Positions 25,101 to 36,988 of a stretch of 43,781 nucleotides of DNA are shown piece after piece. Origin of the DNA: Raillietiella orientalis (taxonomy: Eukaryota); assembly GCA_036172245.1 (NCBI GenBank), contig JAYWIR010000119.1, positions 62,001 through 105,781 of the forward strand, written 5' to 3'. The notes under the pieces are model-generated. The model saw only the letters and a list, made by a program, of their open reading frames with translations. It was not told the origin of the DNA and searched no databases. The first letter of the stretch is position 1. Each line of letters opens with the position of its first letter. Both the position numbers and the translations under genes were made by a program.

Positions 25101-27802
25101 GATGCACCTGTTGTAGATGAGGAGGAACGCGCGCGTCTTGATGAGCCCTTCACGGCAGAGGAAATTTCCTCGGCCATCTCGGGGCTCAAGTGACGAAAAG
25201 TGCCAGGATAGGATGGACTCCCCGGAGAATTTTTCCAGTGCTTTGCGACGGAGCTCATCCTCCTGGTACTCCAACTCACTTCGCTGATGCGAGACTCGGG
25301 CGAGGTCCCCGCCTCGTTTCGCTCAGCGAAGGTGCGTCTACTGCCGAAAGGCGGAGATTTGCACCAACTGAACAACTGGAGGGCGATCACATTAGTGAAT
25401 TCGGACGTCAAGTTGTTCTCGAAACTTTGGGTGGCGCGGACGGGTAGGATCGCGGAATCCTAGGTAAGTCCGGAGCAGACGTACGCTGTTCCTGGGCGGT
25501 CCATGGACGCGTATCTCTTGTTCATCCGCACATGGCTGCAATTGTAGCATCGTGTGGCGGTGGATCGTCGTTGCGAAAGCAACGCCTTTGATCTCTCACC
25601 GACGGAGGCGCGGGTAGCAAAGGGAATCCCCGGGAGCCTTGGCGGTTGTACTCGATTTACACAAAGTTTTCGATTGCGTGTACCAAAAGCTTCTTCTTGA
25701 GCTTTTGGAACGTCTGGGTCTTCCGACATCCCTGTTGGCGTACTTGCGCTCCTGCAGGCGCCACGCGATTAGATCCATTGTTTTCAGTGGCTGTCGCGTG
25801 TACGGCGTGCCGGTACGACGAGGAATTAGGCAGGGTGATAGCTTAAGCCCGCTGCTCTTCAGCATATATTTTGAATTGGTGCTGGAGGCTTACAGACTGA
25901 CGCCAGCCATCCTGCCGAGCTCCTGTCCAATTACGCAGGCCGTAAGCCGTAACAGCCTATGCCGACGACCTGCTTATCCATTTGCCCATGCCCCCATCTG
26001 CGACATCGCTTGAAGACTTCTTTGAGATGAATCGTCGCGTTGCGGGCGTGAGCGTTCACAGGAGTAAGTGTATGGTTGTTCCCGTGGGTGCGACGTAAGA
26101 GGGTCAGTCCGACTGGATCGGCCTGGTAATCCCCACGGGCAGGTGCCTCAGGTACCTTGGCGTGCCGTTGGGCGACATCCGCATCTCAGAAGCGTTGTCA
26201 GACTGCCTTCGGAAGGCAGAGCGTACACTTTGCCCGTTTACAGGAGGCGAGCTCGTCTTGCAGGAACGGGCCTGCATCTGAAACACCTTCGTTGCCTTGC
26301 TCCTCCGCTGCCTGTTTTTTGTTTGATTACCCCCCCAGGAAGTCAATTTCTGGGCGCAGCGCCTTCTACTCAAAGCTTTGTGGGGCGCTGCAAGATCCCG
26401 TGTTAGACTTAAAGAATTGGTGGCGCCGCTTCAGAATGCAGGCTTGGGCATCCTCGACTTAAACAGCATCGAACTGCAGGAGGTTTCGCATGCTGCGGCT
26501 CTGTGCCATGCTGTGGTGTACGCCGTGGTGCTTACCCGCACGCCTTATACTGAGGCGCTGCTGCGGAAGCGAGGGACTGCTTTCGTTGCTACCCCACTTT
26601 CGGCACACCAGAATAGGGTTTAACTTCACGCTGAGGCAGCTGTTCTCACTGCTGGAAGCCCAAAGCTGGATCTGCTGCCGCCCTATGAAAATCAATGCAT
26701 GTTGGCAGGAATTTTTTTCATCGTGGGCAGCTTCCGAAGGAACGCGCCCGAAAGATCTTCGACGCCTGCGACTTCTCCTCAGTCATCAAATGGACGATGT
26801 CATGCAGGACAAGAAGTTGTCGGATCGTCTGGCCACCACACCACTCGCCGCAGCGCTGTCTGCCCTCAGGGCAAGAAACGACGGTTGCCTACCGGCGGAA
26901 TAAGAGTTCTCCTGCAAAATAGCGGGAGGCAGTAAGCTCCTCGGCAGCTGGACGACAAAGGAGCTGGTGCAGGCCGCAGCTCCTCGGAATCGGGCAAAGG
27001 GCCTGCTTCGATGGAGCGAACATTTAAGTGTGCCCCCCGGAGAGATAGTGGTTCCCCCCGTTTGTTTGGACAGCTCCGTGTTCCCCCTTAAGTGGAAACA
27101 AGATGTGCTGCTCTTTTTACATTGTGCATTTCACTGTAATAAGCAGCGAAGCATCGTTTCCGGGGGAGCTGCTTTGCCAAACTGTTTAAGGTGCGGAGAG
27201 ATCGAGTCTTTTCCGCACCTTTTGCTGGACTGCGGTGACCTCCGGGAACTGTGACGAAGGCTGACTTCGGCCATCATGCCACAAGGAGGCACTGCCATTG
27301 ATGTGCTGCGGCGCTTCTTCAGCAGAAATGGACTTTCGGTTGGCGCGATTGTCGCAGTCATGTGTTGCGTTCGCGCCATCGTGAAGGCCCGCTACGCCCT
27401 GGAGTTGTCATCGCAGCGAAGGGAGGCTCACCTGCTTGCAGCTCAATTCATGGAGAAGGCTTCAAGGTGGTCTCATCTTCGTGACAAGGTGAATGAGGAC
27501 ATCACCGGCATACATCGCCGGTTTACACACCTTTGAGAACGGCGTAATCCGGTGACCCCTGCGACCTCTCGCCCACCCATACCCCGTCCCCGTTCGCTTC
27601 GTAAAATTTCCGGTGCCCATGCTTTTATCCCCGTGTCTTCCAGAGCGATCCCAAAGACCCTTATCCCGTCCTCCTTATTCATTGTTTTGATTTTATTTTG
27701 GTTTCTTTGTGTTTCCCGCCCCCCCACACCGTTCAAGAAACTGTTACTCTGGCCTGCGTGCCAGCAATATTCTCTTCATTCTTGTTCAGTCGTCGGTTGG
27801 GA
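22138..27802 (+). mobile_element. LINE copy E, near full length, heavily decayed ORF2, 3' terminus missing
   Basis: ORF1 from RSYAAV (about 22149) with CEQCGKEGHRIKEC and CRYCKDSGHEIKKC; ORF2 from 23958 MRAIASSRRVAVKSWNVNV through DLHKVFD, RQGDSLSPLLF and CLRCGEIESFPHLLLDC to 27536. Confidence 0.92.
22149..23958 (+). pseudogene. LINE ORF1 of copy E, disrupted
   Basis: 371-aa open stretch 22233-23348 with two CCHC knuckles; stop at 22194; ends ...ASLSQP*. Confidence 0.8.
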
Positions 27803-27881
27803 GTTTGGTTCCCAACCGACGACTGAACAAGAATTCGTTAGAGAGCAGGGGACTTCAACGTCCACCTGCTCTCTAACGAAT
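27778..27881. repeat. Two abutting perfect inverted repeats (25-bp and 17-bp arms) at a LINE-LINE junction
   Basis: 27778-27802/27810-27834 and 27833-27849/27865-27881 are exact reverse complements. Confidence 0.92.
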
Positions 27882-28685
27882 GGAGCTGCCCGAGGAAGCG
27901 CACGCTGTTCTTCAAGATGTGCGCGTCAGTACGCGCTCTTAATTTGATGGTCGGCGTACCTGAGAGGGAAAGTTCGCCGGATCACATCTTCCTCGATGAC
28001 AACCTGCACCCTCGTGTGGGGAGGAGAGAAGGACTGCCGTCCGCACTTCCTGACCATCACAGGTTAGAGCTCGAGCTCCTTCCGCCAGGCAAGGGGCCTC
28101 AGTTGAAAAAATGGAGGATGTTGGCGGACTGGCTTAGCCATCCGGGGAGGGCGGATAACCTCCGACAGCACCTCCGGACCTTCGTCATCTTCGAACCTGC
28201 AGACAGCGATCATCTAAAGAGATCAGTCCGCGAGTTCTGCGAACGGTTTCCCTTGCTTCAATTTCCGCGAGGCTTTGAAGAAGGAATCGCCAACAGCAGG
28301 TCTTTATTGCAGGCGCGCACCTTTTTGAGACGCGCAGATGTCACCGGCTTGTGGAATACAAGGCGAGAGCCGAGCGCCAGTACTGGCAGTCAGGAGCATC
28401 TTGCTTGCTCGACGAAAGAGGTCTGCAGTGCTGGACACCAGCCGGTATTCCCCGCATAGTAAGAAGTTATTCCTTCTCGCTATACGCGGAAGCGCCCACG
28501 GAAAATATCTTTTCGGAGATACTACTTCCCCAAAATGCTCCCACTGTTAGCAAAGAGGAACGCTCACGTCTCGACGAGTCCTTTACGGCAAAAAAAATTG
28601 CTTTCACAATAGCAAAGCTCAAGAGACGAAAAGCTCCAGGCAAGGAAGGGCTGCCCGCGAAGTTTTACCAGTGCTTTGCGGGCAG
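27845..28685 (+). mobile_element. LINE fragment F (APE C-terminus to pre-RT linker)
   Basis: AGDFNVHL, PDHIFLD, LPDHHRL, KAPGKEGLPAKFYQCF. Confidence 0.88.
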
Positions 28686-28880
28686 CCTCGCTTTCGGAAG
28701 ACATCTCTTCCACTTCGACAGGGGAGACGATCTTATTCGGCTTTGTGGAATTATGTACAGTTTTTTTGCGGGGTGCCCTGGAAACGCAGGGTGCTCTGTC
28801 AGCCTACACCACGAGGTCGGATAAGGGGGACTCCTGAGGGGATGGCGGACGCCTTACGGCCTTCATACTAGCTTTGGAGG
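28686..28880 (-). mobile_element. Short ORF1 C-terminal fragment related to A3
   Basis: Aligns by eye with 38960-39150 (shared GGAGACGATCTT...GGCTTTGTGGA and ACTCCTGAGGGGA...CGGACGCCT). Confidence 0.65.
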
Positions 28881-31228
28881 TTGACACCCGTGTAAGCCCG
28901 AGGGGTTTCTTAATAAACTCTGCATCCGCAGAACAATGTTCCACTCACGGCCATATGCACAGGACCTGCCGGGACGCCGGGACGCAGCCCGTCGTAGCGT
29001 TACTTAGCAGCGAACAGGAACGGGGATAAAACAGAAAGAAAAATGTAAAAATAAACAAACAAAAAGAAGTTGGACGGTAGCGAAGGGATCACTAGTAGCT
29101 GTAAGGAGGGCCCATCCATTGAAGGAAGACCTCAGGGTCCATCCGTACATTCCCAAGCTGGAGGCATCCAGCAATTCTCCTCATAAAGCGTTGGGCATAT
29201 GGGATGACATCCCTTGCGTGTGAACCCACTCCTTCGTTCTTGGCGTTACTTCATGCCTCCAGAATGCCTTGGACGCAGCCCAAGGCTGCGAGGGCTGTGA
29301 CTGGCTGCAGGGCGTCCTTCACGAAGAGGGGCCGAAAAACGTCTCTAGAAGTGATGCCCGTAGGGAGGTCGAGGATCGTCTTGAACCGTTCCCAAAGGGG
29401 TCGGAGGGCAGCACAGCCCACAATAAGTTGGGAGAGCGATTCTTGCTCTCCGCACCTGGCACACTGAGGATCAACAGCTTCACTGCAGGGTAAACCCTAG
29501 TGCAACAGCAGCAACGTCGACTTTTTCCCCTCAAGGGGCAGGATTCTGAATTCTTTGAGTACTGGGGGCAAATTGAGCACATCCATAGGGATGGCGAGCA
29601 GCTCGCCTCATCTCTTCAATCCTCGCGGTTGGACACTCGGGGTCGTGGCGTCTGCCTGTTCTCCTGTGGTCCAGCCGCCAAATAACATTTCCCTGCCTGC
29701 GATCCGGCAGGAGATCTGCCACCTCGTCTTCTAGCGGCCGCAAAGCATTCACCGGAGGTAGGGCATCGTCGTAGAAAGCCAGGTCGTCTCCGCCCACCTG
29801 CGACTCACGGTAAATTCGAGTATTTCCGGCAGGGTGCGGTTAACGTATGGGCGGATACGCAGATAGTTCATGCGATCTTCGCACCTCTGGTTCGGTTGGG
29901 CCCAGGTGCCAGCAGTCTCCTCCAGCCAGTCGGAGAAGTTGGCGGGGCAACAAACAATCCAGCCGTTCTTATTCGCCAGGGCTGCCATGCGCCTGAGCAG
30001 TAGGCCCCATCTTCAATACTTACGGCCAGGGCACAAAAGAGACGACGCGAGTCCTTCGCACTGAGACAGACGCCTGGCTAGGAGGCGGGCCGGAATGCAC
30101 AAGGAGGTGCTCCATATCTTCGCTGCCATGGCGAGGATTCGCCATCGCAGCTGGATTTCCACGCGCTACAGCGTCAGGACGCTGGAACCGCCGTCCCGCC
30201 GAAGAGCGCAGAAGTCCTTGAAAAGGACCCGGGGCCTTTCTTATCCCCAAAAGACGATGCGGAGGAGGTCCTGCGTTTTCTTCTTGCATACCACAGTGGG
30301 AAGGCAAACAAAAAGCAAGGGGCGGAGGATATCTCCAAAGGGGGGCCGCAAAAGCGTTCCAAACCGCGGCCAGTTTCGGCAAGTGAAACTTGCCTTCCAG
30401 GAATGGGCCGATCCCCGTCTTGACTTTTTGGAGGCAGCTGAACCACGCTTTCGACGGAGACTAGTCCAACAACGGCACATCAAGATACTTGAAGCACCTC
30501 GCCGTGGAGAACCCTAGACGGACCCAGTCCTATTGCCCTGCCCACGGGGCACAAACTGGCACCACCGACGACTTCGCCCTGTCCACCTGTAATCCGGCCG
30601 CACAGCTAAGCAGGTAGAAGAAATCGTCCACCGCCTCTGCCGAGGTGGACATAGGTAAAAAAAACAGAAGATCGTCGTCATAGGCTGCCACGGCGGGCGT
30701 GTCGGGGCAGGAGCTCGGCAAAGGAACCAATGTCACTTTATGCGCTCTCAACACCAACACAAAGTAGGTGCTGAAGATCAGGGGAATAAGGCTATAGCCC
30801 TGCCTCATGCCCCGCCGCATCGGCACGCCATACACCTTCTTTCTGATAAAAGAGAAACAGATAATCGCATTCCGCCAGCAAGAGCGCAGGTAGGGGATCA
30901 AGGAGAATGGGAAGCCCATGCGATCCAGGAGCTCCAAGATAAGTTCCTAGACAACACCATCGAACGCCTTATGTTGATCGACTGCGAGCAATAGGGCCCG
31001 TTCCCCGCCCAGGAGTCACTTGCCTGCCCTGCTGGCGGCCCCGAAGTGAGGTTGCCGATTTGTACTTTCTTTTCCATCTGACACCTCTGCGCGTGCATCC
31101 ATGTGCTCGCGTCGAAGAGGTTGGCATCCATACTTCGCCAGAGAACAGCATACGTCTGCTCCTGGATAATTATGGATTCTGTCACCTGCCCCAGACGCGA
31201 AGCCCATAGCCCGGCAAGCAACTTGGCG
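28881..31228 (-). mobile_element. LINE copy D (RT to 3' end), decayed
   Basis: AKLLAGLWASRL, RRGMRQGYSLIPLIF, AYDDDLL, zinc-finger remnant, 3' end ...ACACGGGTGTCAA. Confidence 0.9.
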
Positions 31229-34200
31229 AGCCTACGTGTTTTTTCCACGCTCCTCGGAGCCTGTTGTAAAGGCATTTGTTGCGTTAGTGTTTGTGTGTGG
31301 TGCATCTGCGGTGTCCCATGGCAGAAATGCCTGAGGACACCGCGATGGAAGTCGGCGGGGCAGAGGATTGTTCCTCTCCCCAACCCATTGAGGTAAGGGC
31401 AACTGTTCCCACGAAGTAGAGGGCAACCGCTTTCTTGAAAAAGGGGGGAACCGCGTCTTTGGATCGATCTGCAACATGCACGAGGACCTTGAGCTCCGTG
31501 GCTGCAGCGCCATCTCCTGCAGCCTTAGCATAACAGCGCGCCTACCTTGAACAAGGATACAAGCCGTCCCTGATTTACAAGGTAGGAAATCTGTTTGTAA
31601 GAAACACCGCTCGTAACTTTGAAAGAGAGCTACAGCGCTTGCATGTAAAAGAGAAAGACCTGGAAGGTCTATCCGTGATGACTGGGGGCCATCGGGTGGA
31701 GCCGACCGGCAAAAATGCAAGCCTGGCTCAACGACTGCTGAACACTCCCATCGCACTGGAGGGCCGAAAGTTCTCAACGGTAACGGAGGATCGCTCCACT
31801 CTCGCTCACCCAACCGGTGTAACTCTCCGCATGACCGAAGCTGGCGTGCAGGAAGGGTTGCAAAAACACGCTACGGTGCACGCGCTCTGGACCAATCCGA
31901 ACGTCTTCCAAACGTACGGAAGACTGTTCAGTGGTATGGCCGCAGCGCGAGTCACCGTCCACGAAAACGGTATGCTACCCCACAAGGTAAACATCGGCAA
32001 CGGTACCATCGACGTCTGGTACGTGGGCAAGCCCAAGTACTGTGGGCACTGTGATGCCAGAGGACACCTGAAAAAAAAGTGCTCTCACATCCAGTGTTCC
32101 CACTGCGGAAAAAAGGGCTACCTACGGAAAGTGTGACGAAAACGTGAACCTCCAGTGCCCGCTGCCTTGAAAAAAGATAAGGGGAAACGCGTGGAGAAAG
32201 CGCCAAAGGCCAATGAGGCAACCAAACAGCAAAGCCAAAAGCTTGTGCCCGAACACTCCCAGCGAACGACGGTTGACAAAACTGCGACGACGCTGGTGAG
32301 AACGAGGGCTGGCGGACGGCGAAGCCCAAAAGCGAAAAACCAAAGAAAACCGAAGGCCCGATAGCGGAACCCGCGACGTCTCCTTTAAATAGGACACAAC
32401 GACGGGCATTGCTCCGCGAATGTTCGGTCGCTTTGGAGCGAGTGGAGATCCCCGGGACGTCCACCGGGAGAGATATCTTCCGCCTCGTTGACGCCGAAGC
32501 CGCGATCAAGGAAGGCAAATTCTCTGTGCAAACAGAGGGGGAGCCGAGCGACGCGCACGCTGCAATCGAGGACGCCGGCTTCCAACAGGCAGCGGAAGAG
32601 CTCGCGGCCGAACTCGCGGACTGAGAGAACGGCGCACAAAAAACCTTGCGAAGGCCGGCCGCGACCAGGGCGCCTCCGAAAGGTGACCACGACGCGGATG
32701 CCGGAAGTTCGTCCTCTTCCGCGGAGGCGCCTCCGAAGAAGACTGGACGGAAGTCCAAGAACCCGAAGAGGCGCATCCCGACAAAGAAGGAGGGGGACGC
32801 ACCGGCTTCCGAGGGGGAAGCCGGCAGCGTGGGAACGGAGGGAACGACTATCCCACCCTCCGCTACCGAGCATCTGGCGACCCCCATGGAGAAGGGGGAT
32901 AAGGTGAGTGATTGCCGTTCCCTTCCAACGGTGGAACCTGCTCAAGAGATAGCCATGGAGGAGGGGGAGCAGACCGCTGAGAAGCGCTTCCCCCTGCCGT
33001 CCAGCTCAGTCGACGAATCGGCCCCCATGATAAAGGAAGAGCAGGTGTGTGAAACCCACCCTCTTCAACCGTTGCAGTTTGCACAGGAATCGGCCCCCAT
33101 GCAGGAGGGTGAACCGGTGCGCGGTGATCCCATTCCTTCATCCGTCCCGCCCGACCAGGTGGCGGGAGTCCCATTGCCACCGTCCCTGGAGTAATACCTG
33201 GGCTCGCCTGTCGCCGTCAATTACGCGTGGTCTGCTAGAACGTGAATGGGCTGCGCGACGACGGCAACAGACGGGACACGGCCGCCACCCTGCGTGACTT
33301 CGACGTGGCGCTACTGCAGGATATCCACGTGATCACCGCGGAGAACGCCTAGGAGATCGAAAGGATCGCAGGGGGGCGGCTTATGTAACAATGGTTCACC
33401 CGATTCACCTGCGGCGTTGCGTTTTTTATGAAGCCGGCAGTCGACGCAGCCCGTAAGGGCGTGCGCTTCGACGAAGCCGGTCGTGTCGGCCAGCAGATTC
33501 TCAGGTGGTCCGACGCGATCGACCTCGTCGTAAGAAACGTGTACGCCCCGAGCGGTCCTGCCAGGTACCAGGAACGTGCGGCGTTCCTGGAAACCCTCAA
33601 GCGCGACTGGCTGGTGGAAGCGAACGTGCGCAGGGCTCCCCTGATTGCAGGCGATTTCAACCTGCGCCTGCTCTCAGGTGATGCCCACGCACAAAAGCGG
33701 ACGGCCAAGGAGTTATGCGCTGCCATGCGCACGCGCAACTTGTTATGGGATCTCCCGAAAATGGCCAAGAGCATCGACCATTTTTTTCTGGATGCTGATC
33801 TGTATCCACGGGTCGGCAATCGAAAAAGAGTTGCGTCGACGCTGTGGAACCATTCCCGGCTATTTATCGAAATGTGCTTGCGCGACAAAAGTCCTTCTTC
33901 CAGGGCATGACAGCTGCCTGGGGACTGGACACTATTCTCAGTTCTTGAAGCACATCTTCGCCAATTACTGAGAGGCGTCACCCTCCGGAATCTCGCTGAT
34001 TGCGACCTTATTAAGGCTACGGACCGCGAGTTCTGGGAGGAGTTCCCCTTGCCCCGCTTGCCCCCCGGATTTGGGGATGGGGTCCGTAACGAACGGGCGT
34101 ATTTGTATGCCTGCCGTTAAGCAAGGACCCCCAACATCCGTCGCCTGGCGGAGTATCGAGACGGGGCCGAACGTCAAGCCTGGCAATCCGGTTCGGCCTG

Positions 34201-36988
34201 CTTGCTGGACGACCAGGGCCGGTAGCTTTCCGCTCCGGCTAGAATACGGCACCTATTGCGGTGTTATCATTCCTCCCTTCACGCCAGGGCGCCTCCGGAA
34301 CAAAATGCCTCTCGGCGCTTGCTTCCGCATGGTGCATCGTCAATAGGGGAAGAGGAGAAGCAAAGCCTCGACGAGCCTTCTACCACCGGCGATATTCTCG
34401 CCGGTATCAAAAGGCTCAAGTAGCGGAAAGCACCAGGAGGGGACGGCTTGCATGCGGAGTTTTTTTAATGCTCCGCGGCAGAGTTGACTCCTCTGGTGCT
34501 TCAGTTGACAAGGCTTATGCGAGACGAAGGCGATGTTCCCGCCTCGTTTCGGTCAGCCAGAGTGAGGCTCCTTCCCAAGAGAGGAGACCTCAGAGAACTC
34601 AGCAACTGGCGTCCGATCACCATTGTGAATACGGACGCCAAGCTGATCGCCGGACTGTGAGCGTCGCGTCTAGGACAGGTGGCAGAATGCGTAATTAGCC
34701 CGGAACAGGCTTACGGTGTTCCCGGGCGAAGTATGGATGCCAACCTGTTCTTCGCGATCACATGATTTTGCTGGCAGAGTAGTAAACAAGATCGTGAGCG
34801 TGTGAGGGGCTACCCTGATTTGGGGGCGCCGGCCGGGCAGTGAAGAAACACCGAGCCGGAGAATGGGGCCCAAGTGATCGCAGTCGATCTGCATAAAGCG
34901 TTCGACGGCGAGGACCAGGAGCTTTTGCTGGAGCCCCTGGGTCGCATGGGCTTACCACCCTCCCTACTAACCTACCTGCGCTCCTGCTGGCGCAACGCTA
35001 TAATCAACGTCTCTTTCAGTTATCAACAAGTGTACGGCGTGCCGGTGCGACGGGGCATCACGCAGGGCGATAGCCGGCGTCTTCTGCTCTTCAGCACCTA
35101 CTTTGAGTTGGTGCTGAGAGCGTACAGGGTTAATTTGGCCCCCTTGCCGAGCTCCTGCCCCGGTACGCCCGCCGTAGCGGCTTAAGCCGATGATCTTCTG
35201 CTTCTTTTGCCCATGTCCGCCCCGGTAGCCGCAGTCGAGGATTTCTTCGATCTGCTAAGCCACGGGACTGGACTACGGGTAAATAAGGCGAAGTAATCGG
35301 TGATAGCGGTTGGTGCGACGTGGGTGGGACCGCCTGACTGGATTCGTTTGAGGATCCTTACGGCGAGATGCTTGAAGTAACTTGGTGTGCCGTTGGGGGA
35401 CTATTCCCCTTCGGAAGCGTGGTCGGCTCGTCTCCGGAGAGTATAGTTGGCGATCGGCACGTTCTTGGAAGACAGGCTACTCCTTTGGGAACGGAATGCG
35501 CTATGGAAAGCGTTCGCGGCATTTATCCTCCGCCTCCTGCTGTTTGTTTGCCTCGTCCCGCCGCAGTTGAAGAAACGGACGAAGGACCTCCTAAGAATCG
35601 CCATTTGGGGAAGAGGGAGACCTCGAATCCCGTTGATGGACTTGTGTGCTCAGCGTAGGGATGGCGGTCTCGGCCTCTTGACGCAGGAGCGAATGGAGAC
35701 GTCGCTGCGATGGCGTACCCTGGCCATCGCAGCGAAGTTATGGAGCACCCCTTGGTGCATTCCGGCCCGCCTCCTAGACAGCCGTGTGTCCCGCTGCGAT
35801 TGACTCGCGTCTTTTCTTCTTCGCCCAGGCCAGAAGATAAGAAGTTGCGGCCTTCTTCACAAACGCATGGAAACATTGGTCAAGGAGAACGTCTGGATTG
35901 CATGCAGCCACGCCAACTCCTCCGCATGGCTGGAGGAATCTGTTGGAACGTGTGCGAGGTTAAATGCCCAAGGAGAAAAAAACTACAAGTGCCTGCGATT
36001 CTACAACCGTGCCCGCGGCAGCCTTCGGACCTTCTTGCAATGTTCCGCCCTGTGCAGGTGGGCCGAGACCACGCACCTAGCTACGGCGATGCCCTTCGTG
36101 AGGAGGGCGCCCTTCAGCAGCCGCACGCCTAGGTGGCAAGTCTACTGCCGAATTGCAGGCAGAGCGAAGAAGTTAAGCGGCTGGACCACGGCGCAACTGG
36201 CCGATGCCACTACCCGAAGTGTCCTCCCGCGTGGTTTAAAGAGATGGGGCGAGCTGCTCGGCATCCCGATGGATGACCTGATATGGCCCCCGGATTTTAT
36301 TGGATCGAGGATCCTCCCCCTGAAGTGGCAGGAGTCGGCGCTCCTGCTGTTGCCTTGGGGTCTACCCTGCAACGCACGCCGCCACCACTGGAGCAGGGGT
36401 CGAGAAGATCCTGCCTGCATCAGGTGTGGGGAGCGGGAAACCCTCATCCACCTCTTGGTAGATTGCGCTGCCCTCCGACCCCTGTGGGAGCGTCTTGGTA
36501 CCTCCCTACGGCTGCAGGAGGGCAGCCAGCCCAGAGACGTTTTTCGGCTTCTTTGCGTGCAGGATGCCCTGCGACCAGCCGCCGCTCTGGTAGCTCTCTG
36601 CTGCATCCGAGGGATCCAGAGAAGCTGAAGCGATTACAGAAGACCGAGTTTACGAGAGGGGTGCCGTCCAACTGGCAGTCCGCTACCTACAACTTGCAAC
36701 CAGATGGCCTCACCTGGGAATCATTCGGACGTACCTCGAGGGCATCCTGGAAAGGATGGACCGTCCTCCCAGTGGACCATGATCCCTTCCCCGCCCTCCA
36801 ACTTCTTTTTGCTTTTCTCTTTTATTTTTCTTTTTGTTTTTCCCCACTCTTTTCCGCTGCCGAGGAGAGTCGCGCCGGTCTGCGTACCGGTGGCCCGGCA
36901 TTTCCTGTTGAGTTGGCCGTAGTGGAGCCAAGTACCACAATTTGTAAAGAGAGTTTACAATAAACGCCCCGACGTGACCGGGTGGCAA
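31229..36988 (+). mobile_element. LINE copy B2, full length (about 5.76 kb), multiply disrupted
   Basis: 5' UTR; ORF1 31318-33194 (CGHCDARGHLKKKC); ORF2 about 33194-36780 (AGDFN, DLHKAFD, A*ADD, CIRCGERETLIHLLVDC); 3' UTR AATAAA 36959-36964 and terminal CCGGGTGGCAA. Confidence 0.94.
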
